64,000 nucleotides of DNA. Source: Macrostomum lignano. Taxonomy: Eukaryota. Location: the NCBI GenBank assembly GCA_002269645.1, contig NIVC01000298.1, positions 124,001 to 188,000 on the forward strand, given 5' to 3'. The number at the start of each line of letters is the position of its first letter. Position 1 is the first letter of the stretch. Shown piece by piece: positions 25,184 to 37,951 of this stretch. The notes under the pieces were generated by a model. That model was not told the DNA's origin and did no database searches. It was given only the letters and a program-made list of their open reading frames with translations. Both the position numbers and the translations under genes were made by a program.

Positions 25184-28129
25184 TTTGACAAACAAGGTGT
25201 GCCTACCGGAATTTTAGGATCCATAGAGCTGAAAGTTTTTTTTGTTAAAAAAATTGAAAAGCCGCTTTCTGCCGTGATAACGCATCAAACCTTCAAAATC
25301 GTCATTTGCCATTGTCAGGCCCTGTCTGTATTTGGAATAGTTTATTTATATTTGTACGGGTAAACATTGATTGATAACAGCTAAAATATTTAGCCAGACA
25401 AAATAACTCATACTGCGAAATCATAATGATTTGGCCATCACAGTAGTTGCACTTGGCCACTTAATATGATTTTTTGTTTGCATTTGGTTTGCTGCTTTCT
25501 GTTGGTTGGCCAAAAATGTTTATGTTTTTAAATTGTTGATTAATTGCTGGCAAGGGATTTATTTCTGAATGAGATTTTATTTCCTTTGTTTTCCAACTCT
25601 AGGAGTCAGTGTTTCTTATTTAGTTGGCTTATAAAGACCCCCAGGAAAGGTACCTCCTGTGGTGCTCAAAGGTGTGGGGCTTATTAAGTAGGTGGTACAC
25701 CTGTTCCATGGTGCCTTCTGCAGGTAAGCTTAAAATTGCTGTGCACTTTAGTCTTAAAAAACCGTCGCCTATGGTTACCATGACTGCATAGATCACACCT
25801 TTGTTGCTTTTGCTTCTGTCCTCATTTTCTCCGTATTGCTTGTCTGTATTAGTTTGAAATTAAGTGCCTGTATTTGTTGTTATTTTTGTTGGTGATGCCG
25901 ACTACCTATTGTGTCTGCCTCCCCAGGATGGGATGGGATGGGGTGCTTTCACAAGCTCAAACTTTCACAACATCGAAAACTTAGTATAACATTAACCTGC
26001 AGTACTTTCGGCGTTGTGAAGTTTCAAGTTTGTGAAGCCCTCTTTCACAGATCAGCGGATTGGGCAGCATCGTCTCAGTGCTGTTTGTGGGACACGATGT
26101 CGCCAAAGGCGTTGCGCCAGGGGTGCTACGAGCGTAATAAGCCTTGAATATTTACATTTTGCAGTTTGTGCAACGTTCAAGGCGAAATTGGATCTTAGCT
26201 TCGTTATCTTCTTATTACGTATCATCAGTTCTAACATTCTTACCTTGTTACAAGCACACAAATTTTCATATTTATTGTTTTGCTACATTTTCTAATTTCC
26301 TTTTTTAGTAGTGTATGTCGAATATTTCGCTAACAAATATTTTATTACGTGATCGTAATCTATAGATATGTATGTATGCCATTGTAAAGTAAGCTGGTTT
26401 GTTTCTATTTCGACTTCATACAATAATACGCGATTTTGTAGCGCCAGATAAATTATATTTTTATGCTTGACCGGTACTGTTTCAAAGTTAACTGTCGTCG
26501 TTGTACCACTAGACTACAGAGACAAAAAAAATAAGTCACACAGTATTTGACTCATTTGCTCGCCACAATGGCATGTTATGAAAATCAATAAGTTTTATTT
26601 CCTAAAAATCATTTTTCAATTGGAAGCCTTCAATAGTTGCGTCGGTAGTTCTAGTTGCTACCACCAGTTCCTTCGGGTCTCAGTCTTCGGTAAGGTAAGA
26701 GTTCCGTTGGAACGAAAATAAACAAGACGAGCGAAATCGGCAATTCGTGCAGATTTACGACTCCAACGACTACTCAGCATATCCTGCCGGGCTCAGTAGG
26801 TGGTTGGGAGGGCGGTGTTAGCCTCAGGTCCGACTAAGAGATCTGGGTCACTTGGGACTAGCAATAGAACTAGAAAAATGAAAATCGAACTGGAAAACTA
26901 GACGAATTGAGGAAAAGACTCGTGAATCGTGCTGGAAACATGGCTTGAGGGGGTCCGTATTTATAGTTTGGGAAACCCCAATGGGTCTGTGTCAAAGAAA
27001 GATCATGTGACAAACTCACGTGGTATCTATTTTTAGCAACTGACGTCAATGCCTGCCTTGAATGGCAAGTGTGCCGGAGCACGTGAGCCCCGTCTTAAAC
27101 ACAGCCCAATAAGAGTAGTAAACATTTTTACGGCGCTTCGGCGTCCAAGAAAACAAGGCTCAAGGCTCAAACGCTTGTCACGTGACTGGCTCACACAAGG
27201 GAACAGCGTGCCACCAGTGACAGCTAGACGCAGAATGAACAAAGAGCAGGCCACAGGCAGAGGGGCATCAAAAAAAGAAAAATGGCAACTCCTTTCCATC
27301 AACAACCTGAAATATAACTCCGATAGTGTTAGCAACGCTCAACACTATTTCGATTTTCAACGCTCAACACTAGCTCCTTGCGGCGGCCATTGAAGCGCTG
27401 CCACCGGCGAAGGATGGCTGCAGTGCTCCGCGTCCCCCCATGGGCTGCCATCTTAGTAGCCGTACGCCCTGGTAGAGGGCGACCCCGTTAGCCTCTGGCC
27501 CGCGCTTAGGGGCCGGAGGAGGGCTCTAATCCTTCACTCCAGTTGGAATGAAAAATTAGATGCTAAAATATGCACTTAATGTTGTACGAGGGTTGTCGCT
27601 AAATACGACGTATCCTACCTAATAGCTACGTCTCGCGCAGATGGGTGGCGAGCAATAAGTTTATGCGCCTGCAGCAGCAATAGACTCACAACTGACTAAG
27701 TCTAACAGCTATTTCTTAGAATCTCGCACGAGTGCTGCGTCTGCACACTCACTCTTACTCTTATATTCGCGCCTGTGTCGCGAATAGACAAACAGCAGAA
27801 TGGCTTCAGCCAACTGGTTTCCTGATACCAAGACCTGCTCAGGAGCTTTGCTTCGCTGTTAACCGGCGCTAGAACTTGGAGATATCTCTCGACAAGTCCC
27901 TCAAGACGGTTCTGAGGATAAATTAGACAGACCGGCCTGCATTCATTGATATAGAACGCGGAGGGTGGAGCGTTTGGGCATTCCGTGGACTGACCATGGA
28001 ACGGCAGCCCGAAAAGTGTGGATAATGATGCACAACAGATATTGATCAAACATGGGGGGAGAGAGTAGCTTGTTCAAAGCGCCGACAGTCGCTTCAAGCC
28101 ACTAGTGAAATTAGCATGCCAAACTAGCA

Positions 28130-29220
28130 ATCTACGCCCCCCGTTGGGGAGCCAAATAAATGCAATACACGTTTTTTTAATAAGCTACATGTATCCTTGA
28201 AATCTTAAAAAATCTCCTGTCAAACCTTGTAAGCCTTGACATGTCAGTAATTCCCCCCCCCCACAAGCTTTGACATATCAACTTCCCCCCTTGACATCTC
28301 AGCAATGCCCCCAATAAGCCTTGGAAATCTAAAAATATCTGTCAACCTTCTAACCCTAGCCTAACCCTAACCCTAACCCTAGCCCTAACCCTAACCCTAA
28401 CCCTAACCTAACATTGAAATTTCAGTAATTCTCTCTAAGAGTCACTATAGCACTACTACAGCATTATAGCGATTTCCTGCAAGCCTCGACATCGTAGGGA
28501 TTCCCAAATGAATCTCTTAACTTCGACATGAAGCTTCTTTTATTTTTTACATTACGCTTTTTTATCAGCGATCCCTCCCCTGAGGAGGCATCAAATAATG
28601 TAATAAAAAGTTTTCAATAAACTACATGTAGCTTCTGACTTTAGCCTTGAAATCTCATTTATACCCCGTGAGCCTTGACATCTCAGCTATTCCCCCGTAA
28701 GCCTTAACATGTCAGCGATGGCCTCCATAAACCTTGAAATCTAAAAAATCCCCTGTTATTCTGTTAACCTTGAAACCCGATAAAATATAACCCTCAACCC
28801 ACACCTGACCTAAACCTAACTTTAACCCAACCTAAAGCCTTGAAATCTCAGCAATTCTTCTCCCCTAAGCCTTGACATTTTAGTGATTCCTTCTTTAAGA
28901 ATCACAGCACTATAACGATTTCCACCAAGCTTTGACATCGTAGCAATTCCCAAATGAATCTTTTAACTTGAACATGACTTTTCTTTTATGTATAGCTCGT
29001 ACATACGCTCGTAGTGCTACTTTTATTTTTTACATGACTCTTCTTCTATAAGCGCCTCCCGTGGCGAGCCAACAAAGAATGCAATAAAAAAATTGAGTAA
29101 AGTACATGAACTTTGAAGTAGCTTCTGACTTTTGCTTTGACATCTCAGAAACCCCCCCGTAATCTCAGCAGTTATTCTCTGAGAGCCTTTACGTCTCAGT
29201 TTTTCTCCCCAGCACAGCAT
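28130..29220. repeat. Degenerate repeat region (gccttgacatctcagc...cccc units), probably a non-autonomous element body
   Basis: Recurring ccttgacat/ccttgaaatct motifs. Confidence 0.55.
28354..28411. repeat. Interstitial telomere-like (TAACCC)n
   Basis: About 8 units of ccctaa with variants. Confidence 0.8.
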
Positions 29221-29254
29221 TATAGCTGCATTTAATTTTTGATTTTTATGATTT

Positions 29255-30220
29255 TCTATGATTTTTAAATGACGCTTCTACGATTTTTACATGACGCTTC
29301 TATGATTTTTTACATGACGCTTCTATGATTTTTTACATGACGCTTCTATGATTGTTTACATGACGCTTCTATGATTGTTTACATGACGCTTCTATGATTC
29401 TTTACGTGACGCTTTTATGATTTTCACATGACGCTTCTATGATTTTTTAAATGACGCATCTATGATTTTTATATGACGCTTCTATGATTTTTTTAAATGA
29501 CGCTTCTATGATTGTTTACATGATGCTTCTATGATTTTTTAAATGACGCATCTATGATTTTTTTACATGACGCTTCTATGATTCTTTACATGACGCTTCT
29601 ATGATTGTTTACATGACGCTACTATGATTTTTTTACATGATGCTTCTATGATTGTTTACATGATGCTTCTATGATTGTTTACATGACGCTACTATGATTT
29701 TTTTACATGATGCTTCTATGATTGTTTACATGACGCTTCTATGATTGTTTACATGACGCTTCTATGATTTTTTCATGACGCTTCTATGATTGTTTACATG
29801 ACGCTTCTATGATTTTTTACATGACGCTTCTATGATTTTTATATGACGCTTCTATGATTTTTTACATGACGCTTCTATGATTGTTTACATGACGCTTCCA
29901 TGATTTTTTAAATGACGCATCTATGATTTTTTTAAATGACGCTTCTACGATTTTTTACATGACGCTTCTATGATTGTTTACATGACGCTTCTATGATTTT
30001 TATATGATGCTTCTATGATTTTTTAAATGACGCTTCTATGATTGTTTACATGATGCTTCTATGGTTTTTTAAATGACGCATCTATGATTTTTATATGATG
30101 CTTCTATGATTTTTTAAATGACGCATCTATGATTTTTATATGACGCTTCTATAATTTTTTATATGACGCTTCTACGATTTTTTACATGACGCTACTATGA
30201 TTTTTACATGACGCTTCTTT
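29255..30220. repeat. ~24-bp minisatellite (tacatgacgcttctatgatt(t/g)ttt)n, roughly 40 copies
   Basis: Tandem units visible directly. Confidence 0.95.
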
Positions 30221-30439
30221 TTAAAAAGTCTTTTAGTTTTCCTGACGTTGAAAAGCTTTAATTAAAAAATTATACTCTATGAAAATTCGAACCATCGTCG
30301 CTGCATTTAGCAGTTCAGTCTGTTCACCTCTAGGCTAGTTCTCATCTTTTTGATAACATCAAATTTTGCACTTATATATATATATAATTCAACAGTTTAA
30401 AATCCAAGCATAGAGTAAATCACACGAAGCAGTTATGAC

Positions 30440-30875
30440 ATAATCAGTTTCTCAGTCAGTCAGTATCAGTTAACAATATGGTTACGCAATTTAAATCAAG
30501 TCTGGTGCTACGCTTCCACACTGCATTTTCAATTCAAGTCGGAGTTACAATTCAGTGATGATGCAATCTATTTCAGAACCAGAATTCAACCAGTCAGTTT
30601 TTTCTCTAGCATTCTTACAATGCATTTCAAGTCGAAAAGTTTGCTTGACCTTTGCAAAAAAGCATGTTTTTCGAATATTTAATGCCTTTAGCATCGAGCA
30701 ATTTCTTAGCCGCGATGCATGTACAGTCACGGGAAAATTTCTGATCGAACAGTGCAAGTTTGAACAAAATCGGTCCAGCCATTTTTTCTCTAATCGATCA
30801 CATAGATAGATAGATAGATAGATAGATAGACACAGACAGACCATTTTTAGTATTTAGTATATAGGATTTGGGCTT
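30440..30875. mobile_element. Second HINE-like interspersed element with (GATA)n
   Basis: gtgcaagtttgaacaaaatcgg motif, (gata)n microsatellite and end agtatttagtatatagg; structural call only. Confidence 0.35.
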
Positions 30876-31771
30876 GTGCGCACAAGGCTGCACAAAGGGA
30901 GGGTTCGGCTCGGGACACGGGGTCCGCGAAACCCTCAGTCTAAAAATAGAATGGCATGGGGAGAGGCTCGGACGGCGGAGGAACGAGAGAGCAGAAGGGG
31001 AGAGGGTCCAGCGAGCGCACAAGGAGAGGAGTGCAGCCAACTAGACTTGCGTACACTGAGCGATCGTACGCGGCAGGCAACAACAGTACAGGCAAGCGCC
31101 AAACCCCAGGCAGGCAGTCCCCACCAACTAACCCTAAGGCCAGGAAAACCTCCCAATATCCTATCCTATGTTAATGAGCCTCATTTATGATGTCTCGATT
31201 GCGCCATATTGTGCAACTTCTAGCTAAGCGCCAATGAAGGCTGCTCAGAGCGCAGTGAGGCCGCAGAACAGTTCCCACTCCAGCCACCAGCAGCGGACAG
31301 CAGTGCCCAAGATATGACTGCGGCCCCATGCCCGCAGCAGAAAGCCGCGGCCACATCACAATTAATAAATTGTCTATGGCCAAACTCAAAGCAAATTTGT
31401 CTATGGCAATAAATATAGCCAATTAAATAGAACTAGTAAGACAAGGATGCTAAAACTCGGTTTCATGTACGCAAAAAATAACTAAAGAGCTTCAACTATT
31501 TAGATAATTTCAACACACGTACATGTAGGCCAACTACAAGGAAGATTAGAACTTTGGCCTTTTGTATTTATTACTGGCATGAACAATGTACATGTTCGTC
31601 CTGGGGCCAGACTTGACTGCTAGCCATTTTATTGTCTGACATTTTTCTGCCAGTTATTTTACTGCCAGTTACTTTTTTGCTAGTCATTTTACAATTTACT
31701 GCAAGCTTTTTTGTAACCATAATTTATAAATAAATCAGTAATTTTTCGCCCCTTTTTAAATTTGCAGTTCT

Positions 31772-32876
31772 ATGCAGTGGTGTATTAAAATGGTCGTTTG
31801 GATTTGGAAATTGGTCGTTGCATGTACACTTGGTGGAACTGTCGCCGCTACCATTGCTCAGGCTCTATGCGAGCCTCCAACATATCGGAATGACGAGACA
31901 GGGCAGCAAGACACTTGCCTTAAGGCGTGTTACAATCCTAAACACGCTCACCTGCTGTCCGACCCAGCGTACTATGAGGCATGCTATGCGCTTTGGAAGA
32001 AAGGCTATTGTCGAATGGATCAACGATTTGCCACGGACTGTATCGACACTACCCTCAGTGTAACAGAAAGTTTAACAACTGCAGACAGAGTTTGTCCGCC
32101 CTGTCCAGAACCGACTCCAACGATTTATTCTGTTAATGAGCTAATAAACATGTATAATAATAATACAAAGTCTGCTTATAGTTGTGTGAAATCGTTGATT
32201 TCGTTAATTGTTTGTGTCTGCGTGATGCTACTACCAGCTGTGTACGGAGTAAAACACTTCTATCAGCACCATGGTCACAAGTTTGGAAAACGCGATATTG
32301 GTGGTAAGATTACAAAATTATGCAACTATATTTTAACCTATTTGCAAAAGGTTATACATTTATTAATTAAATCTATTGATGGTATCCGATTATCCGGGCA
32401 CTTCGTTTCTTAGAATGAATTTTAAAGGCTGACTTGCTTTACGCCGAAAAGTATACTATCATCTCTTTAAGACAACAATCGCTATAGTGTTTTTTATGAA
32501 AAGCAGATTGAATGCTGATCTCCTATCCTAACCCAAAGCAAGCCTACAAAGCTCTTCTTAAAGGAACGAGTTGTAAGCATCCTTAATCTTACCTTGATAG
32601 GAAAAGTCGCAATTATATTTACTGTTTTCATCCGGGATTTCTGTTAGAAATTGAGGTGCCTTGGGACTTAGAAGACTTCCTAATATAATAACTTCCTAAT
32701 ATGCTAAATTACCAGCTCCCGCAGAGCAGCGAGAGATGCAAAATTCGTCACCTGGTCCCGACGACTCGCAGGCAGATGAGAACGGTAAAGACGCAAAGCC
32801 AACAGACCCTCTGCGCGGAAACCGGGCTCCTTCGTCAACGCACGACTTTTCGTCCTGTTCAACCGTGAACAATTGA
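31772..32876 (+). CDS. TNFR-like single-Cys-domain receptor, array member 1 (delta N-domain). Predicted exons 31772-32303 and 32716-32876, 230 aa
   Basis: Acceptor tttgcag 4 nt before ATG; signal peptide; CEPPTY...C..C...C...C...C; TM SLISLIVCVCVMLLPAVYGV; phase-1 donor G|gtaag at 32304; phase-matched acceptor accag at 32715 giving an open tail APAEQREMQNSSPGPDD...STVNN*. Confidence 0.7.
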
Positions 32877-34104
32877 TTTTTTCTTGGACGTTTAAACTAG
32901 ATAATGCTGCACTGTTACTAGGGTGCGGTTTCTAGGCAAAGTTTATTAGTCGACATGGAGAGTTAGTAATTTGTAAACAAAAAGGCGCTAAATACTTGCG
33001 TCTCGGAAGCGATATCGTTCCACAAAAACAGCGCTTACGGCAATTCTGTCCATTCCGCTGACTCCTGAGCACATACAAGCGTGCCAATACTGTACGCAGG
33101 CGCGCATTCATGCACACGCTCACACAGGGTGTACAGCTGCCCTGACTCAGGCATCGTCAGGCATGTGCACTCTCTGTGCTTTGGGGTTGGCCCCATAGCT
33201 TGTGAATCGCACGGCAACCCGTTTGGGCCATTGTTTAGTGCACACAAGCCCCATCTAACCAACTAAGCGGCATCATGTTCAAACTTTGTTATAGTCATCA
33301 ATGTTTGCCTTATACAGTTATACGCAATGTTTTCCCACAGTTGCATATCGTACTTTTCAATTCTCATGTACTATATTTGTATTTATTACTTTTATATTGG
33401 TAAAAATAAAAAATATAACGCGAAATATTTATGAGCATCTGTCACTAGAGATAGGTTAGCACTTGGTTCTTTATTGAAAAGACAGACAAACATCGCGTCA
33501 GTTTTAGTATTAGTAGAGGCTTATTGAAAAGCCATAGACACAAACAAATTTCTAACGTCCTGAGTTGCTAAGCAGTCCTTGTACACATTTTCTTTCAAAA
33601 CTTTGTTTTGCTCCGCTTTTGCAGTGCTTTTGGCTTATACTTTGCTGCTCATAGTTGTGATAACAACTGCCAATTGTTTTATACGTACTAAGTTTTCAAC
33701 AAATTAATTTAGTGAAATAAATGAAGCACATGTGTGTTATTTTTATAAGTACGTATTTGATCTTGTCTTTTCATTTTTTGCCCCATAACTATAGATATCA
33801 AGCTATCATAAGTATGAAGTTTTTTTCCTAACAGAGCTACAATCTAAATACATTCGAGCTAGCTAGGATCCAAGTTAGAAGTCAGTTATAAATTGTTAAA
33901 GAACACAATTTATGAAGCAACCCCAAGTGTGGCCCAACCTGTCTTAGCTCTGTAGACTTTCAATTTTTCGTGTCCATTTTGTAAAATTGCATGACAATAG
34001 CCGAAATTAATATTTTGGTAATGTTTTACATGTCAAACTCCACTGCTTCTTTCAGCCCAGCGCAGCAAACCACAGAACAACCGCAACCTAAATCTGAGCT
34101 AAAA

Positions 34105-34911
34105 ATGCGTATCATAAGCTACGCATATGAATGCATTGTCGCTGCACAGTTGGTCGCCTTCTGCCAAGCCCGAGTGCCGACTGTTCCTACGTACTGGAAC
34201 AACAACGCTAAACAGAATAGTCACTGTCCACGCGTGTGCTTCGACTGCAGTCAAGCGCACCGATTGATGGAGAAATTTTGGGGCTGGAAGTGCCAACAAC
34301 TCTGGAATCAAGGCGTGTGTCGTCTTCCCAACTGTTCCACTTTGGCTGGCTCGCGAGATGCTGAGACGGCTTCATCATCTCATAATTCCAACAGTAGCGC
34401 CAAGCAGCCTGGCAATGCATCTCATGTGAACACTGGTGTCGCGTGTAACTGCAACTGTCCCTCAGATTCCCGGCAAAGAAGCAACACCTCATCACTAATT
34501 GGTAAATCAGTGACTGAGGCGCCAAATCTCGCTGAGAATGCGCCACGTAGCGGCTCCGACATCAGTGGTGTTGCTGTGAGCAATAAGCCTAGCTGTGGAG
34601 AATCTCTGCAACCCAATGCCACCACTGAAGGATCAAATATTGATGCGGCTGGAAAAGTAGATCCTTGGCCAATCGTCTGGGTTTTAGCTGTACTTTTATT
34701 GGTCTGCGTGATCGTCCTATCCTGTGTTATTTACAAACAGTGCAAAAATGCTCGCACTGCAGTTAAATCCAGTGCAGACAGGCAATGCAAGTTTAATAAA
34801 GGCGAAAGTTGTGTAAGCCAGTTGCTGACCAAGGACGAGCAGACAGCTGCCCATACAGATGCCGATGATTCCGCTGTCTTTATTGATGGCGAAGAATCTC
34901 AATCCAGCTAA
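34105..34911 (+). CDS. TNFR-like receptor, member 2 (delta N-domain + stalk A + stalk B + TM/tail type 1); likely start MRIISY
   Basis: PTYWNN...CPRVCFDC...CQQLWNQGVC domain; stalk shared with members 5 and 9; TM PWPIVWVLAVLLLVCVIVLSCVIY; acceptor ttctttcag near 34054. Confidence 0.8.
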   Translation: MRIISYAYECIVAAQLVAFCQARVPTVPTYWNNNAKQNSHCPRVCFDCSQAHRLMEKFWGWKCQQLWNQGVCRLPNCSTLAGSRDAETASSSHNSNSSAKQPGNASHVNTGVACNCNCPSDSRQRSNTSSLIGKSVTEAPNLAENAPRSGSDISGVAVSNKPSCGESLQPNATTEGSNIDAAGKVDPWPIVWVLAVLLLVCVIVLSCVIYKQCKNARTAVKSSADRQCKFNKGESCVSQLLTKDEQTAAHTDADDSAVFIDGEESQSS

Positions 34912-36644
34912 CTTTGATTGTGACAGCCTAACATTTTATCAATTACTTATTACTTCATCATAGTAATAAGTATTAAGTATAAATACTTATTATAATTATA
35001 CTTATAGTATATAGTATATATAGTATAGTATATATATAGTATATATAGTATATATACTTATTATAAATACATAGTAATAAGTATAAATTGGCAATGGAAG
35101 TAGTTGGCATTAGAAGTAATTTACCTTTATATTCGTTATTTTAACTATTGCTTGCTAATATATATATTTATGATTCTTTTTTAGCTATTATGGATTTTTT
35201 GTTTGCAATTTACCGATATTATTTCTGTTAGTAACATGGCAATGTTAATGATTATTGTTTTGCTTGCCCCGAATTTACATAAGCGTATTTCCTTACATTT
35301 TTACTATGAGTAGTGCAGTTAGTCATTTCAGTTATAATTTTCCTGCTTGAAGTTTTCTAATATAATTACTACTGTGAGTAAAGGAGAATTTTAAAATGTG
35401 GAATTTGTCATCATTTGCTCCGAATTTTCTGATGTTTGATTACTGTATAGCATTGTTATTTTTATGATCGCTTTTTGATACACTGGAACTAGCTAACGAA
35501 AATTTGCACATTGAAATTTGTAGCTCGTATTATAAAATGCATTCCCATAACTGGCATTTTAGTCTATGGCTTCTTACTGGCACTATTTTCATAACTCATT
35601 AAATCTTTTATTTATATTTTTGTGTGCTGCTTTAGTAGCTTTCAATACTGTAATAGATAAACTATTTGCTATATCCAGCTGAAGTTAGACAGTTGTCTTT
35701 CTTACCGACAGTTTACTACACAATATTACTCATTTTAACCTGCTTTGCAATCCGTGCGTTTGTGTGCCTTTGTTTTAAATAACTAGGCTTTCCAACTCGA
35801 TAAAGTCCAATTTGCTTTTGTTTTATTGCTTAGAAATATATCCTAATAGCACTTTTATTACATGATTTCAGCAAGAAGAAATTGCTTGATAGAATGGATT
35901 GCTAATATAATCTATTCCCTCAGATACTTTCAATTATATTTTTATTCTAAAACTATAAAGAGGTTGTCGTCTCTGCAATTCACTAGTACATGTAGTTATT
36001 TTTTAATTAGTACGGTATATAACCTCCTTTGTGTCTTTATTGTTTTTTTCTGCGTAAAATAAATGAAATAAAGTAGCATATTTAGTGAATAAGTAATACA
36101 TTTTAATCAAAATTCTTTCTAACAATTACCTACGATATTATTATTAAAGTTAAGCACTTCAAAGATTAAATAACTACGTTTTCTGTGTGCAACTGCCTTA
36201 TGATGTCATTCCCATTTTTTGACATACTGACACCAACGACTTTTTGTTTACTATTTTACAATTCATAGTGTTTTGAATAATTCTTACTCTGAAAACAAGT
36301 ATTGCAAAAAATGATACTTATCAATAATGAACAAATATATCTATCTAGTCCTGCATGAACAGCAACCATATTTTTCATTTACTATCATTCGTGATGTGTT
36401 TATTTATTAAATTCGACTGACCTTCAAATTTTAAATCAACTATATAGGAATTTGTGAAATCTTTAGTGCGAGCTACTCTACCAGAATTATATTTTGACAT
36501 TAGTGCAGGAAGCTGAAGATAATTCTTAGCGGGCGTGGAAAAAAGAAAGACAGACAAACAGACACGGACGGACGGACAGGCAGACACCGGAAGCAATCAT
36601 TGATAACATTCTCCATACAATTTCAGATATACGAGTAAAACGCC

Positions 36645-36821
36645 ATGCGGTTGGCAATATTAGTCACACTGGCGCTGGTGCTGCCGAGGCTGGCAGGTCC
36701 ACTGCCTGCCTGTCCGCCTGGCCACTACCGCGACAGAGAGGGCGCTATGGATTGCAAGAATTGCCCCAGTCCAGCGCAGTGCCAATGCCAGCACAATTGT
36801 AAGCATGTACACTGTCGATAG
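36645..36821 (+). pseudogene. Member 3: alpha-type gene truncated by a MULE insertion (58-aa remnant ORF, not in track)
   Basis: Manual translation: [58 protein letters not shown]; homology to member 4 ends after CPSPAQC. Confidence 0.75.
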
Positions 36822-36885
36822 ATACTGCGACTTAGATAAATAAGACAACCTCTGTCTCAGTCGCAGTTGGAGTGTTTGAAACGCA

Positions 36886-37458
36886 ATGGAGCCAATCGAA
36901 GGGAAAAGAATCGGCTCAGTAGGCTATACGCACGGCGTCTGCATTTATCAGAAAGATAGAGTTAGAAATGGGACAGTCAGCTATCGCTGCACTAACAAGA
37001 ACTGTCCGGGACGCGCCGTCGAGAAGGATGGTGTGCTGAGACTCATCGCGCACAACCACGACGGTGATTCAAAGGAGAAGGAAATACTTCGGCTACGAGC
37101 CAATTTGAAGCGGAAGGCCGGTGAGAGCAGTTCATCCCTTCGTGATCTGTTCGACCGAGAGACACAGGCCAGCTCCGTCGGCAATCGGATCGGATTTGCT
37201 GAAGTGGAGTCGTCGATGTATCGACAAAGAAGATGCCTGCTGCCACCTCTTCCAAAAGCAGCTGTCGACGCGTATGCAGCAATATGCGATGCTCCAGACC
37301 GCTTCAGGTGCGTCAACAGCGTCATCATTATTCAGGGTGGTGTATCATCTGCTGATGACGGCCATGGACTCATCTTTGCTCACCCTGACATGCTGAGTCG
37401 TCTGAGTCAGGCTACATTCAGAACCGTGCCTAATATCTTCTGGTCGAAAGGATTTTAA
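36886..37458 (+). pseudogene. MULE (Mutator) transposase N-terminal fragment with a FLYWCH/WRKY-GCM1-like zinc finger, copy 1
   Basis: YRCTNKNCPGRA...HNH; SMYRQRR..LPPLP; LIFA; the DGTF segment is deleted relative to copy 2. Followed by gcgcgcttgtgcc repeats at 37520-37740. Confidence 0.8.
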
Positions 37459-37951
37459 TTCGATTTCATTCGTACAAATACAATCGACTACTTTGTGACA
37501 GACGATGGAGCAACTTGACTGCGCGCTTTTGCAACACAGAGCCAGAAGTGCGCGCTTGTGCCAAACTCTGACAGCGCGCTTATGCCAGTGCGGTCTTGTG
37601 ATGGTGCGCGCTTATGCCAATGCTGAGCACTTTCTACCGCGCTCTTGTGCAAGTCAAAACGTGCGCGCTTATGCCTCTGCGCGCCTGTGCCAGACTTTGA
37701 CATAAAATACACAGGCGCGCTTGTGCCGGTGCGCGCTTATGATGGCGACTCACCGCGGCGACTCTGGCAAAGCCTGGGAAGCCAGGTGTGATAGGGCTTC
37801 CATTAAGTCTGCTTGCGCAGATTTTTGGAAAAATGAAGTTACGACTCAAAAAATGATGGAGCTGCATTGATAAAAAATTTATTTCTTGGACGATCGCTGG
37901 CGTTTTATTCCTGTTTGTTATGTTTAAAAACATTTAAGCATCAAAAACCGC

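Noticed and set aside
24989-25195. Cys-rich ORF (QQYCRYSRSCHYCC) as another receptor family member
   Set aside because: Coincides with a DNA hairpin, has no ATG or signal peptide, and its Cys spacing does not match the family.
25900-28050. GC-richer patches with short ORFs (25911, 26032, 27033, 27702) as host exons
   Set aside because: Several frames are equally plausible, splice sites could not be chained, and no family was recognised.
30876-31422. GC-rich segment and ORFs upstream of member 1
   Set aside because: No protein motif; probably a repeat fragment; cannot be supported as a promoter or exon.
33035-33266. Cys/His-containing ORFs between members 1 and 2
   Set aside because: No signal peptide or family Cys pattern in any frame examined.
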